DNA of 64,000 bases from Eledone cirrhosa (GCA_964016885.1 OZ024746.1:8990001-9054000); one strand, 5' to 3'; numbered from the stretch's first letter, positions 1 through 13,329 are shown. Notes: generated from the letters alone by a model not told the origin. Program-made: numbers and translations.

Positions 1-23
1 ATGCACACTACACATGCTAACAG

Positions 24-56
24 AAAACCACCCGAAGGGGTGGTTTTTTCTGCTAG
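24..56 (+). mobile_element. Probable Helitron 3' terminus (element extends left of the window)
   Basis: Hairpin AAAACCACCC-gaag-GGGTGGTTTT (24-47) followed by CTAG (53-56) and a host T, the canonical Helitron 3' signature. Confidence 0.6.
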
Positions 57-327
57 TATCAATAAAAAGGGGAATCCTTTAAGGGCTCTCGTTATCTTCC
101 TTACATTTTTGCCATGTCTATACAAGGAAACGATAAACCAAAACTAGAAACTAACTCCACTGAAACATTATATCTAAATAACAATACAACACAAACAGGT
201 CACAATTCCAAAAACAACACGTAAAAGAAAACCACACTATGGCAAGTACTCCGCAAGACATAACAAATAAATAAGCCAAAATGAAAGGCAACTATAGCTA
301 AAATACTCCGGACTAAAAGCAAAAACA

Positions 328-379
328 GGTATATATATCTATAGGTATATATATCTATAGGTATGTATATCTATAGGTA
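328..379. repeat. 16-bp minisatellite (GGTATATATATCTATA) x~3
   Basis: Direct tandem copies visible. Confidence 0.85.
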
Positions 380-483
380 CGTTTCCCTCTTCAGATGATT
401 CTCTCGTACTATTTATCAGTTCAGCTTATTTAATTCCATTTATTATATCAACAAGTTGATTTGAGGTTTTGCCTTAAAATAAT

Positions 484-667
484 TGTTTCTACTATAGGCA
501 CAAGGCCAGCTATTACCCAGTGCATTACTGGTACTTTATTTTATCGACCCCGTAAGGATGAAAGGCAAAGTCAACCTCGGCGGATTTGAACTCAGATCCT
601 AAAGGGACGTAACTATGCTGGAAAGCATGGCGTCCGACCCTCTACTGATACTGCCAATCCATCCCCA
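484..667 (-). mobile_element. tRNA-derived SINE, main family (A), with 15-bp TSD
   Basis: Minus strand carries A-box-like TGGCAGTATCAG, B-box GAGTTCAAATCC, core CTTTGCCTTTCATCCTTACGGGGTCGATAAAA and tail GTAGAAACAATTATT; flanked by TTGCCTTAAAATAAT at 469-483 and 668-682. Confidence 0.9.
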
Positions 668-849
668 TTGCCTTAAAATAATATTACAAAGCTTATTTAG
701 AAACACCAAATTCTTATTGGATATTAAAGGGACACGAAAGAGTGTTTGTTGCCATGCCTACGTAACAACTAAAATATATGTTGGCAGATTTACCCCAAGT
801 GTTGATCACAATTATTTTCTTGTCTGCCATTTTTATCCTTCCAAATAAT

Positions 850-1071
850 GGTTTCTAATTTAAGCACAAGGCCACCAATTTTAGGGGAGGGAGGGGAAAA
901 TGTCGTTTAAATCGACCTCTGTACGTGACTAGTACTTTATTTTATCAACCCCGTAAGGATGAAAGGCAAAGCTAAACTCGGCGGAATTTGTAGATAGAAC
1001 GTAAAGGGCCGTAACTCTCTGCTGTAAAGCATGTTGTCCGACGCTCTACCGATTCTGCCAATCCAACGACC
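850..1071 (-). mobile_element. SINE family A, longer 3' variant, with TSD
   Basis: Same core; flanking TTATCYTTCCAAATAATG duplicated on both sides. Confidence 0.85.
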
Positions 1072-1651
1072 TTATCTTTCCAAATAATGATTATAGAACA
1101 AAGATAACATTTTTGTTTCCCTGATTTATTTATTTCACTCATATTTCTCGTCTCTATCAAATGACTTAGTACCTGCATAATAAAAAATGGTCAGAACTAG
1201 AGAAAGTCGACATCAAACGGTCCCTCATCTTCGTATGGATTGGTCAACAATTATATATATTAATATCCTATTCTACTTTATTAATATATTCTCTACTTTA
1301 TTACAATAAAGAATGTTATACACAAAGAGTAAATGTCATATTTGTTTCAAGAGCGACTACAAAATTATAAATAGAAAAAACAAGCCTTCTCAAACCTTGA
1401 TTAATCACGTGATGTTTTAATATTACTTTCAGTAATATTAATCGTACTCACATGATGTTGTTGATATCATGAAATCATTTCAAGAATAAAACACATGACA
1501 AATCTTCGAGAGTCACACACTTCGGTTAGAGAAAAAAAACTATCAGGAAAGCCAAATAATCTTCTTTTATAACATTATCTCTAATTGTTGGTATATATAT
1601 ATATATATACATACATACCCCCCCCCCCATATATATATATATAAATATAAT

Positions 1652-1873
1652 ATGGAAAACGAAGAATCAGAGATGCATCGGAACACAATTTATTACGTAT
1701 TACAATTGTTTCTCCGACGAACAGCTCGAGGTACGATCTGTTTGTGGATGGAACCTGACTCTGGATTCGCAAGTTCCTCAGATACGTCTAGTGACTTCGA
1801 AAGAGGATTTCGAAAGAGGATTTGCTTCGAAACTAAACGTATGTGAGGAACTTGCGAATCTAGAGTGAGGTTC
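1652..1873. mobile_element. (TA)n-embedded fold-back element (Penelope-like pseudo-LTR / retrozyme-like)
   Basis: Inverted arms 1751-1792 and 1832-1873 (38/42 match), TA tracts on both sides, minus-strand hammerhead motif followed immediately by AATAAA (1689-1694). Confidence 0.75.
1695..1787 (-). ncRNA. Type I hammerhead ribozyme motif
   Basis: ACGTAT-CTGAGGA-[ACTTGCGAAT...GTTCGTCGGA]-GAAA-CAATTG-TA-ATACGT: 6-bp perfect stem I, canonical core, paired stem II base, palindromic stem III ACAATTGT, GUA cleavage triplet. Confidence 0.8.
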
Positions 1874-1902
1874 AATATATATACAGTATATATATATACA
1901 GT

Positions 1903-1960
<58 letters not shown>

Positions 1961-2215
1961 AATATAAATTTAGCGAGAATCGTATTTCGGCTATTGGAAA
2001 TTAGCGAAAAACAACTTCCGAGATGTGTGGCAAGCGCTCCATAGACGCTAATGGACTAGAGCTACAACATAAGTTAAAAGGCCAAACACACTGAGACGAT
2101 GGTTAAACCATTATCCGCACAGCCATAGAAACGACCAAGTAATTCGGGTCAAACAAATAAAATATGATTGAAAAATTATACTCGGACCCCTGGAAGGTTA
2201 GTAAAATATCCAGCA
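1961..2215. repeat. Unclassified dispersed repeat abutting (TA)n; inverted homologue at ~56820-57070
   Basis: GAGAATCGTATTTCGGC..GAAATTAGCGA..CAACTTCCGA..AAGCGCTC..ACATAAGTT..AAAAGGCCA aligns to the reverse complement of 56880-57070; both copies start at a TA tract. Confidence 0.7.
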
Positions 2216-2592
2216 TTTGGGTTTCTGCAACTCCTAAATCAAGTACTGTCCGCTTAGACAAATAATGTTAAGCTTTTGGTAAGATGATTGAACAAGGAAG
2301 TCACTTTCTCAAGAGGCTTTTAGTTCAAGTGCCAAGTGAAGGACTGACCGTTATCAAAACCCACGTGGGGCTCGACAAGGGGGGCAACCCTTAGTTTTGG
2401 CGGATGAATTCAGTATGTGTGTTATTATTGCAAAATTGCAAAATATCACAAAACGAATTAAGTTCTCAATAGAATGATTTTTAAATTAACAAAAGCTATT
2501 CATCAGTCAATAGAATTAAATAAAAAAAAAAAAAAATATATATATATATAGTTTTGCGAGGTTTATTGATATGAAATCGTGTGTCGAAACAA

Positions 2593-2735
2593 ATATTGTT
2601 ATACTTGGGGAGGGTCATATTTGTGTAATAATATTGCCAGAATTAATAACAGAACACACTCACTGTGAGTGTGTTCTGTTATTAATTCTAGCAATATTAT
2701 TACACAAATATGACCCTCCCCAAGTATAACAATAT
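2593..2735. repeat. Near-perfect fold-back palindrome, 71-bp arms, 1-nt loop
   Basis: 2593-2663 vs 2665-2735 with one mismatch; TA tracts nearby on both sides; related sequence at 55930-56012. Confidence 0.95.
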
Positions 2736-2757
2736 ATATATATATATATATGTATAT

Positions 2758-3085
<328 letters not shown>

Positions 3086-4086
3086 GAGGAATGCTTCAAT
3101 CAGAGACGTGTTAGACTAAGAGCGATGTGAGTCTAATAGGAAAGAACAAGAATAACGTTAACAACAGTAACTACAACGACGACCAGGGACTGTATAGCGG
3201 CAAACACGCCGTTATGGATAAGCAGAATATATTCTGTTTTTCCACAACGGCGTGGAATGTATAAATATTGGTCCGTTTGCTTCTTCAACCATACCAATTG
3301 ATAAAAACTAGATGCAATAACCAGAGTCATATAGCGATTATTGAATATAAATACATATCACGATTTATCGTCCAAAGAGATACGTTATAACTCATTAATT
3401 CAGTAAATATTATATTATTTGTGAGGGGTGGGATGGATTAGCGAAACCAGTAGACTGATGGATGGACAAAATTCCTTGTGACATTTAGTTACGTAACTGT
3501 TTGCTCTGAGTTCAAATCCCACCAATGTTTTCTTTGCGTTTTCCTATTCTCGCTCTGCAGTCGATCGTATCCATATTCTATATTTCTTGTGAATTAATAT
3601 ATTCAGACATTCAGTTAAGGCAACCAACCCTTTAAAATAAACATTGCATCATCGTTAACTTGCGTTATTCATATTTGTTAAGTATGACGAAATGTTTAGT
3701 ATTATGTAACCCCATGTGAGCTGCGTGTGTGTTCTGTGAGGCGGTTTAAATGTGGATGACTTTAAACTTCACTTGTACTCCGAGGATAATATCCCAAGAG
3801 TTAGAAACAGCAATAGCGAGGCTTGGTGGATTATATCGATTATAACTGAACGGATAATATTTTAAAAAGATAATTCGTTTGTGTTTGTATGCAAGAACGC
3901 TCGATGTTCTAAGATAAAACAGCGAAATATTATGGAAAAAGAAAGGGATAAATTAATTTAAATTATGACAATTCAACTATCAGAATGCTTTCAAGAAAAT
4001 AACAACAAAAGGAAGAGTAAACATGCAAGCAAATATTTTGGAACAATCACGAGTTTTGTTACTTGTAATGAAGTTTATGTGAAAGC

Positions 4087-4385
4087 AGGTGGCTCTGTGG
4101 TTAGGGTATTCGGCTCACGATTGTAAGGCCGTGACTTGATTCCCGGCGGTGTGCTGAGTCCTTCAGCAAGACACTTTATTTCACGTTATATTGCTCCAGT
4201 CCACTCAGCTGGAAAAAATGAGTTGTACCTGTAATTCGAAGGGCCAACCTTGTTACATTGTGTCACGCTGAATCTCCCTCAGAACTACGTTAAAAGTACA
4301 TGTGTTTGTGGAATGCTCAGCCACTTGCACGTTAATTTCATATGAACTAGAACACTCGTCGTCGAAACCGATGGAGTGCCACTAC
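4087..4385 (+). mobile_element. tRNA-derived SINE, family B
   Basis: tRNA-like head TGGCTCTGTGGTTAG...GATTCCC then GTCCTTCAGCAAGACACTTTATTTCAC; related copies at ~36280-36530, ~42228-42350 and 48665-48878(-). Confidence 0.8.
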
Positions 4386-5059
4386 AATGAAGTTTCCTCT
4401 TATTGCTATTGTTATTTTGGTTGTATCGATTATACTCAGATCAACTCTGACAGAGCAGATCTATGATAAAAGACGTTTCACAGCTTGGATCATTCTGTTT
4501 GTTTGTTTGTTTGTTTGAGTTAATGACTAAAATAAATCGGTGGTTTCTAGCATGTAATTATACGTACATTAAATTTATGTTCGATTTATTAATATTTATT
4601 ATTGAATTAATTGTGTTGCCAAACTAATTCGCATTATACACATTAGACTGGTCATTTCAGTTAAAACCTGGCATGTGTTCGACATAAATAAAAAAGATAT
4701 TCACATAGGCAAAAGGACAGGGTACTTAAACAGACACCTAATGTGTCTTATGTACGAAGAGTGTGTTTAACAGTAGAACATAATATATAACGAGACACAC
4801 AAACACACACACACACAAACACACGCAAACACACTCACCCACACATACACACCCAATATTACATTATATTATATTATACTATGCTATACTATATCATATT
4901 ATATGTGGTTACATCTTTAATTCTGTTCTGAGCAGGGATTGTCATTATAGACAAAATCTTTCAACAGGAAAAAACCTGCTAAAAGTGACGTTGATGCACC
5001 CCCAATCCAAACGCTGTCATTTAATCTACTACAAAATTATGAGATAATGTGACAAGAAA

Positions 5060-6350
5060 GATCTGTGTAACACCAGGGTGATGACAAGTGCAACATATCA
5101 AACAGCTTATCACCTCACCTTGTCCACTGCCAGCTCAACATCCGCTCTAAGCCTAAGTCTAAGATGAGAAACAGCCCCCAGAAGAGGCGCAAGCATGCAA
5201 AGCTCCATCATGACATGTGACTCAAATGGCAGAGTGATGACTACCCAGCTGACGTGTTACCTGAAACACTTTGGGACCCCTCCTCCCAATAACATTATTC
5301 TGTACACTGAGAAAAAACGTGAAATCCTGGGGTTCCTCTCGGAGAAGAGTTCAGTACTCCAGGCTTACATAGTTCACCCTTCCTGCTCTCAGAAGAGGGT
5401 AGCCTTCCAGTACACCTTGAATTAAGGTTTGGTGCAGGCACCGGGAAATTCAAAACAAGTGGTAGACGAGTTTTGAAGAGAAAGTCCAGGCATTAGCAGA
5501 CACCTGGAACTATGGTTTGTTCTATCAAGCCCTGAAAGCAACCCCCGGGCCATCATACTTACCACTGTGCCGACTCTGAATGTCTGATGGAAGAGTTGCT
5601 AAATGACAAGGGCTACATACGCTGGTCTGAACACTTTCCAATTCTTTTACCACCCATCACATCGTCCATATCGCAGCAGTTTAAGCCATTCTATATCTAC
5701 CTGTGAAACGCACTTGACACAACTCCATTGTTCCGAGAAACCATACACACCCTTATACTGTTGAAAACCGTTAAAGCCTCAAGTGCTGACGGCATTCCCT
5801 CAAATGTCTGTCTCAATGGAGGGACTCCTCCACACTAAACTCCATGAATTCTTCTGCAGTTGTTGGGCGCAACGCACTCGTACTCCAGACCTCTGTAATG
5901 CAATCAGTATCACCCTTTGTAAGAACAAAGAGGGAAAGGTAGATTGCTCCCTGCTCTCCCTCAGGAAAGGTCCTGACCGGAATACTGCTCAACAGACTAA
6001 CACCTACCTTGCTGAAAACCATCTCCCCGAGAGCCTGTGTGGATATAGAGCAAAGCGTGCACCACGGACATGGTGTCTGTCTTGCGGCAACTCCAGGAGA
6101 AATGTCGTGAACAAGATAGTTGTCTGGTCATCATCTTGGTCGACTTAACCAAACCTTCGACACGATGTACAAAGATGGGAAAAGTCTGGAAAAGCTGGGC
6201 CTCCCACATAAATTTCCTGACTATTCCCCACGATAGGGAATTTGGTAAAGTCAAACTTGGAAAGAACTTGTCTCAACTCTTCGAAATCATCAACCACTTG
6301 AAGTAAGGTTGTGCTATTGCCCCGACACTGTTCTCATTATTCTACAACAT
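5060..6350 (+). pseudogene. Decayed RTE-clade LINE (end of APE domain to reverse transcriptase)
   Basis: Frameshifted peptides KASSADGIPS, PDLCNAISITLCKNKEGKVDCS, LAENHLPESLCGYRAKR, DMVSVLRQLQEKCREQ..VDLTK and LK*GCAIAPTLF match RTE/BovB-type RT motifs (LPESQCGFR, RQLQEKCREQ, GVKQGCVLAPTLF). Confidence 0.9.
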
Positions 6351-6429
6351 ATAGGTTATGATTTGAGAGACACAGTTGCTATTTCAAATGGTTGAAGCTT
6401 AACGCATGACTGCATGACTTGTGACAATG

Positions 6430-6650
6430 ATAATGGCTTCTGATTTAGGCACAAGGGCAACAATTTCGCGGGGGAAGAAAAATCGATTAAATTGGTTCAG
6501 TACATTATTGGTACTATATTTTATCGACCCCGTAAGGATGAAAGGCAAAGCTAACCTCGGCAAAATTTCAACTCAGAACGTAAAGGTCCGTATCCATACG
6601 CCCCAAAGCTTATTGTCCTACGCTTTACCGATACTGCCAATGCCCCTACC
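6430..6650 (-). mobile_element. SINE family A
   Basis: Core TTTTATCGACCCCGTAAGGATGAAAGGCAAAG and tail match family A. Confidence 0.85.
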
Positions 6651-9600
6651 CACTAGTATTAATAAGAATAAAGCTCCGCCATTATCATGAACACGTTTAG
6701 ATGGAATCATACATAATTATAAAGTATGAAATTAGAGGCGGTTTAGCTGTTACTTTTGTTTCAGATAGACACGAGGAAATACAACTACTTGTGGAATGTT
6801 TTTATACGAGTGACTATTTTAAATCTCTTCGTTTGTATGTTTATCTATCTGTCTAATAATCTTATTTTCTTTCTATGTCTGTCTTGTTTAAGTTATCTAT
6901 TTTTAATAAAAGTTTTACACACATCTTAAAAATTTAATGATCAGTTAAAAATGTTTTTATTCAATATTCTTGTTTTCTTCCTAAATATTGTACGGTTGTC
7001 TTCCATTTAAATTGTTTGGTTTGTTGAATCCAGACATTTTTAATCTCTTTGTCTCATCTTATGGTGTGTACATGAAAGTATAGATTAGCTTTCATGAGGA
7101 TTTTCATCTTATCTGATGTTTATAAAACAATAAAAAGAAAGATAGTTGATATCGCATTGACTTGATCCACACATTAATTAGATATCTATCGGGAATGAGG
7201 AAGAGTTTATGTAGATTAACTCGCCTATATTTGTTTGATATATGAATAGCACAAGAAAAGTTATACATATACTGGTTGTAACAATAGTAATCGAATGTTA
7301 AATTGTAATTTAAACAACATTTACATGCACAAATCATCTACTTAATATTTGTTTCACGCAGTTTACAAAACTAAGATTTCTATTTTCCTTAAACCTTGAC
7401 ATTCCGATTTTGGAAACTTATCTGAGCTGTTTTCCTCATTGAATCAGGAGTTGCTTTCGTGATTAAAGTTGCAAAAATCTGATGGATTGATCCATTCTCA
7501 TATTAAATCATATTAAAATATCTGTCAATATTGAAATATTGATTTATTTTCACCCCGAGAGTGAAAGATAATTAAAATGATGCCAATTCATCTTACTAAC
7601 TTCTGAAGGGATAAAATGCAAAATATTCTATTATAGGCAAAATCACTTCTGCCCCTTTACAACCATCTGTAAAAAGGAACTTCTAGAATGTTCGTGATGG
7701 TCAAAATTGAAATTTCGATTACGATTAAATAAGAACCAGGAATAGAAGGGAACTTTGGTTAAAGAGAGAATACCGGTTAACGCAAATTTTCTATTTAAAT
7801 CTATTTAATTTCTGTTTGCATACAACCTTTTAGGACATCACATTTGCGCTCTTTTTCAAATTTCAGATGTAGTAAAAATGAATCACTATTATTTAAAAAA
7901 CATATATATGAAAACGTCGCTGATTATATGATAATGACCGATACAAGACTACTTTAACTAACGGACACTATCACCCCTTGTTTGTTTAATGATGCCAGCT
8001 GATGGAATTAATTGTTTTTTCTTAGAAATAATGAACTTTTCTGTATCAATACGCTTGCCTCTAATTATTTCTAAAGGTGTTTTTAAACTCCATATTAGGC
8101 ATGGAACGCCTTATCAAATAAGTGATTCAGAATTACAGTTAAACAGTTAAACTCTCGGTTAGCTGAGTGGACAAATTAATTCTAATTCCTGGATAAAGCC
8201 ATTTCCCTTTCAATCTATTACTAATAACATTAAGTCAAGTGTGGATCCATAAGATTTAATTTAATTTATATATATTTAAAATTATTTTCAAAAAAGCAAT
8301 ATAACGTAATCTGTGTTAGAAATTTCTTTTGAAGAAAATACCAATATGGCATTCAAAAGGAAATATTAGAACGTTTATATGTAATTACGAAAGTTAATAA
8401 ATAGAATATATTTGGAGAGGATATGAATTCTATTGAACAACCTGTTACTGTGTCATAGACAATAACAACTTCACAAAGTTAATGTTACCGCGCTAAAACA
8501 CTGTAATCATTTTTATATAAAATTATTGCTTTAGAAGATCTTGTACCGATTGTCTCTGTAAATAGACAAAAAGATTAAACATAAAAATGAAAATGAATAT
8601 TGAAACTACTCTTGTTAAAAAATTCTTTTATTCTTTGTCAGCTTATATTCCACAATATGAGAATCCCTCCATTCTCCAAACACTACAGAATTAATCAATA
8701 CGTCACAAATGAAAACAAAAGCTGAGTGATACCATTCTTCATGTATTCTGTGCCTGACGTAATGTGTCTGACCAATTTCATTTTGTAGATGTTCGAGATT
8801 ACACACACACAGACACACACACCGACACACACACCGACACACACAGACAGACACGCACACACACACACACACACGCGCACACACACACATATATATGTTT
8901 AATTCCAAGTAGACCACATTAGTTGATCAAGCAGTCCATTGTCTATAGTGTAAACAGGTATAAGCACTCCACTACGTGGGTACCTTAAGGTATTATCTAT
9001 AAAATATCAGAGGGAGTGTCAATTTTATAAAAAAAGAGAGACGCCATTACGTATATCTCCCTTGTTTATTACATCATCAGTCTCTCTATATATGGTCAGT
9101 TGTTTAGATGCGATTATTGAAGCTCTTTGAAATGTAACTAACACTTTCATTACTAATCCCGAGACGACGGGACTCACAAAAGCAAAACATACCAACGAAT
9201 TATAACATTTGAACATCACACACTCTCTATCACTAATTTATACATTCTTATAATTTGAGCATATCGCATGATTTACTTTATTGTGTAACTACATAATGCT
9301 ATTTCAGCAATTCTATCATGGGTAGTCTTTTATTTTTTATCCTTTGTAATATTGTAGAATTGCTTTCTATATATAAACCTTTTTTACGCGATGTACAGCG
9401 TAAAAGTAGAAAGTATCTTTAATTATTGATGTAAAAATCAATACACAAATATAGATCACATTTTTATTTTATCCATATACAATATTAATAAGATGTCTTT
9501 TCAGCCTCTTTGATATATAATGTTTCTCTGGACTGCAAAATCCTCTTCTATTCAGTATTATTTGTCTTAATGAAATAAATCGAAATAGATTTCAATTGTC

Positions 9601-10028
9601 AGAGACTATCATTTTGTGCGAATTCATAACTTAATGCCTTTGAAGAAGTTATACCTTGTCCTGTTTCATTATGAAATAAATAGATTCACTTGATTTACAT
9701 CACCATTATCATCTTATGTAAAAGACGAGCTAATGGATAATCAGTCGGCAGTTAGGCGATACATTAAATAGTTAAGTAAGAACCGATGGAGGAAGTAAAA
9801 CACCGGTAACAATGAATGAAATACAAAACAACACAGCAGAGAAAAGGAAACTGAATTGTGGTATTAATAAATAAATAAGTCCACAGAGAAGTATGAGAAG
9901 ACCGAATGGCCCAGCCATTAGTCTTCTAGGAAAGTGTCGTGATGTTTATCTTAAAAAAACATGGAGTCCATTTTATCATGTATCGTTCATAATGCCGTGA
10001 TCTACTCATTGTTTGTTTGTTAGCTTCA

Positions 10029-10029
10029 T

Positions 10030-10080
<51 letters not shown>
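10029..10080. repeat. (CTTT)n microsatellite
   Basis: Direct reading. Confidence 0.95.
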
Positions 10081-11137
10081 CTTTTGTCTTTTATTTGACG
10101 TAGATCCTATTAAAGAGTTGTTATATAGTATATATAGAGAGAGAAAGAGGAAGGGGAGACAATTACGTCAGAGTTCGATTTGAATAATGGCTTTGCTCTA
10201 TTGCTGACGTTATAAAGACGTCAGCTGGATTATCAACGATTATTGCACTTGTCAGAAGCTTTGATCTGTTGCTTAGGAATATACGTCGGGACAGTTGATA
10301 TCCACTATACAATGTACAGTTTTGTGTTGGCTGATCGTTAATATTCAATTGCTATCTTTGCTTGCATTTCTTGTTAAAGATAATGATAATTTTTATATCA
10401 GCCACAAGGGCTTGTACTTAGACCACATTAATCAATATAAACATAGGTGTTACAATGCTTGTGGACTGGACAGGAATAGTTATATAAAAACGAGAGCAGG
10501 GGCAGTAGACAGATTAATTTGGTAAAACCTGAAATAGGTATTATAGTGTTATAAAGCACGCCTTACATTACACGACACTCGACATGAAGCGTTAAAATAT
10601 TTTGGGTTACCCACTCACACACAAGTGAGAACCTACTAGTTATGTAATACAAGAACATTTCTGCTAGCTCACCTTACATTATATAGTTCTCAATGATCAC
10701 CAAAAATCCCAGGTAAGCATTTATTCAATGGTTTCATCAACACAAGCAACTTCTACAGAGGTACCATTTCTCTTTGTATACTGTTTTTGTTGTTAGAATT
10801 AAGAACCTACTACCTGGGAGATCTCGGTAACAATTTATTATGTTCGTGTTCATTCACATATCATTTCTGTTTTTTCCACCTTCATTTTATACATTTGGTT
10901 AAACTCACCTGCCTTTTTAGACTGTGTATTTTAGGGAAACACGTTGTTTATCGACTTTTATCGACAATTTCTGACAGCTGCTTTTTGTTTTGTTTCTGTA
11001 TATTTTCTTTTTTTCTTTCCTGTTGTAACAGTCTGCTGGTCTTCCTCCTTCATTCCGCCCATGTCATCAATAATAGATGAGGTGGTACATTTAGGAGGAA
11101 CGATTTCTGACACAGAGGTGTGACGCCAGAACTTGAC

Positions 11138-11850
11138 CAGTACTTTATTTGATCGACCTCAGAAGGATATATGACAAAGTTGATTTTGGCGGTATTTGAA
11201 TCAAGTAAGTCAAGAGCCGTAACTAACATCGCAAACCATTATGTCCGACGGTGTAAAACTTCTGTCCATCTTTATAATAATTGTTTCTACTTTAGGCACA
11301 AGGCCAGCAATTACCCAGTACATTACTGGTACTTTATTTTATCGACCCCGTGAAGATGAAAGGCAAAGTTAACCTCGGCGGGATTTGAACTCAGACTGTA
11401 AAGGGACGTAACTATGCTAGAAAGCATGGCGTCCAACCCTCTACCGATACTGCCAATTCACTTGTAATAATAATATCTAATTCCGAAAAAAAGACCAACA
11501 ATTTGGAGGAGAGGTAGACGATCGATTAAATTGACAATATTTGAATGGTACTATATATTCTAGGCATCTATACTTGAACTCAGAAAGGAAAGAGCCGTAA
11601 AAATTACAGCAAATCATTTTAATTCATGCTCTATCAATTCTGTTCCCCTTCCTAATCATAATTATTTCTAGCCTTCGTACAAGGCGAGAAATTTGGAGGA
11701 GTGGAAAAGTCGATTAAATAGACCCTAGTCTTGGACTGGTACTTTATTTCATCAGATGGAAAGTTGATCTCAGCCGGATTGGAACTCAGAACGTAAAGAA
11801 TACCGTAAAGCATTTTAGGTGACGCTCCAGTGATTCGGGCAATGCATCAT
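11138..11850 (-). mobile_element. Cluster of about four same-orientation SINE family A copies of different ages
   Basis: Copies at ~11138-11270, 11275-11462 (near consensus), 11480-11645 and 11655-11850. Confidence 0.8.
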
Positions 11851-12229
11851 CCAGTAGAATCATGATTTCTTCATCTAATTTTATAACGAAACCATTACAG
11901 TTGAGTGCAGTGCAGTGGCAGTATCATTGCAGCATAGTATACTAATAATAACAAAAATTCATAATAGCAATGATAATTTCTGTTAATGGCCACAAGGAGG
12001 ATATTACAGGAAGAGTTTACAAAAATATGGTCGTTTTCCTTGATATCAAATGATTGAAAAGAGAAAAAAAATACAAGCGGTTTTACATAAACTATCTATG
12101 TATTAGGGTTATATCCTCGGCCCATTTAGCTCGTTCCACAGATCTGTGATTAAGCTGACTTTTAGATACCTTTGTTTCCAAAATGCCATTTGTTTTCCTA
12201 CACATACTTGTTGAGCGCAGGAATATTCA

Positions 12230-12400
12230 CTGGGGCTTTGATCGATTAAATCGACCCCAGTGCGTGACTGGTGCTTCATTTTATCGACCCCGTAAGGATG
12301 AAAGACAAAGCTAAACTAGGCGGGATTTTAACTCAGAGTGTAAAGGGCCGTAACTCTATGCCTCAAAGCAGGGTGTACGAAGCTCTACAGATACAGCCAA
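12230..12400 (-). mobile_element. SINE family A (3' part missing)
   Basis: Core and B-box region present. Confidence 0.8.
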
Positions 12401-12474
12401 TAAATGAAATTACTTTTGAGAGTGACTTTAACGGAGACTGTTTATATATCCTATATATACACATATATAGGATA

Positions 12475-12632
12475 TAGGAAAAGAGTCTAGATCCGAACTG
12501 TTCGGATTTAGCTGTCGAAACGGCCGGAGCTCAGACGTCGGGGTCCTGACTCTTTTCTTATTACCCACTCTACTACCCTAAGTATCGAGTACTCTGGTGC
12601 GTTATGATCCACCTGGTTCCTTACCACACTTT

Positions 12633-12636
<4 letters not shown>
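12475..12636 (+). mobile_element. (TA)n-flanked element with short inverted 5' piece; family of 51911-52075 and 57131-57190
   Basis: Shared GATYTAGCTRTCGAAAYGRCCGGAGCTCAGMCGTCGGGGTYCTGA; TAGGAAAAGAGTC (~12475) is the inverse of GACTCTTTTCYTA; 3' end runs into (TA)n. Confidence 0.75.
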
Positions 12637-12683
<47 letters not shown>

Positions 12684-12691
<8 letters not shown>

Positions 12692-12850
12692 TAACAGATT
12701 AAAGTTTATGCAAAAAATCGCTGCTTTCACCCTTAACGGGATCTTCTGAAACTCCCGTTAAGGGTGAAAGCAGCGATTTTTTGTTTAAACTTTAATCTGT
12801 TATTTTAATAAATATTTGTACTAGGGTTCTTATATATTTGATATATATTT
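12684..12850. mobile_element. (TA)n-abutting fold-back, ~58-bp arms; family of 43718-43860 and 48467-48635
   Basis: 12684-12741 vs 12753-12810 near-perfect inverted repeat; AATAAA in the right arm then a unique tail. Confidence 0.9.
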
Positions 12851-12860
12851 AATATAGAAT

Positions 12861-12911
12861 GGCTTCTACAGGGCTAGAAATGTTTCATTCAAGAGAAATC
12901 ATCAGGAAGCC
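12861..12911 (-). ncRNA. Type I hammerhead ribozyme motif
   Basis: GGCTTC-CTGATGA-TTTCTCTTGAAT-GAAA-CATTTCTAGCCCTG-TA-GAAGCC: perfect 6-bp stem I, short stem II (TTC/GAA), stem III ACA/TGT, GUA triplet. Confidence 0.8.
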
Positions 12912-13329
12912 GACTGTCCAAGTAATATGGTGGTATTTATACCTTTCTGGTGGTAAGACAGGGTGTAGTGATTGGTTGATGGATTTAAGGAAAGGGAATA
13001 CTTTAAAAATTATATTTAGAGTAACAAAGGTGTGTGTGTGTCTTTGTGCCTCAGTTGCTGTCAGTCTCTTTCTTCTATTGTTACGGAAATATAAGGAAAT
13101 ATACGGAAATATACGGAAATATACCTAAATTTCGCAAACGTAAGCATTAAGCAGCTTTATCTCTCTTAATTAGCAGTAGCAGGCACATACTTATACATAC
13201 ATACCTACATACACACATATAATATCACACTCATACGCAAATACATACACATACAGATATACAATACATATATATGTGACCAGCGGCGCCGATTGGCGCC
13301 CGACAGACTGGTCGGTCAAGGTGATCAAG

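Noticed and set aside
24-50. Hairpin plus T-run resembling a bacterial rho-independent terminator
   Set aside because: Eukaryotic context; the following CTAG|T fits a Helitron 3' end better.
376-398. Minus-strand CTGAAGA-GG-GAAA-CG-TA
   Set aside because: No stem II and no stem I pairing; at best a collapsed remnant.
10640-11080. Strong-looking splice donors (CAG|GTAAGC at ~10712 plus; CAG|GTGAGT at ~10909 minus)
   Set aside because: No convincing acceptor with a meaningful open frame; such hexamers arise by chance.
12715-12750. CAGAAGA-TCCC..GGGT-GAAA hammerhead-like motif on the minus strand
   Set aside because: Core is CAGA rather than CUGA, with no UH or stem I; not counted as a ribozyme.
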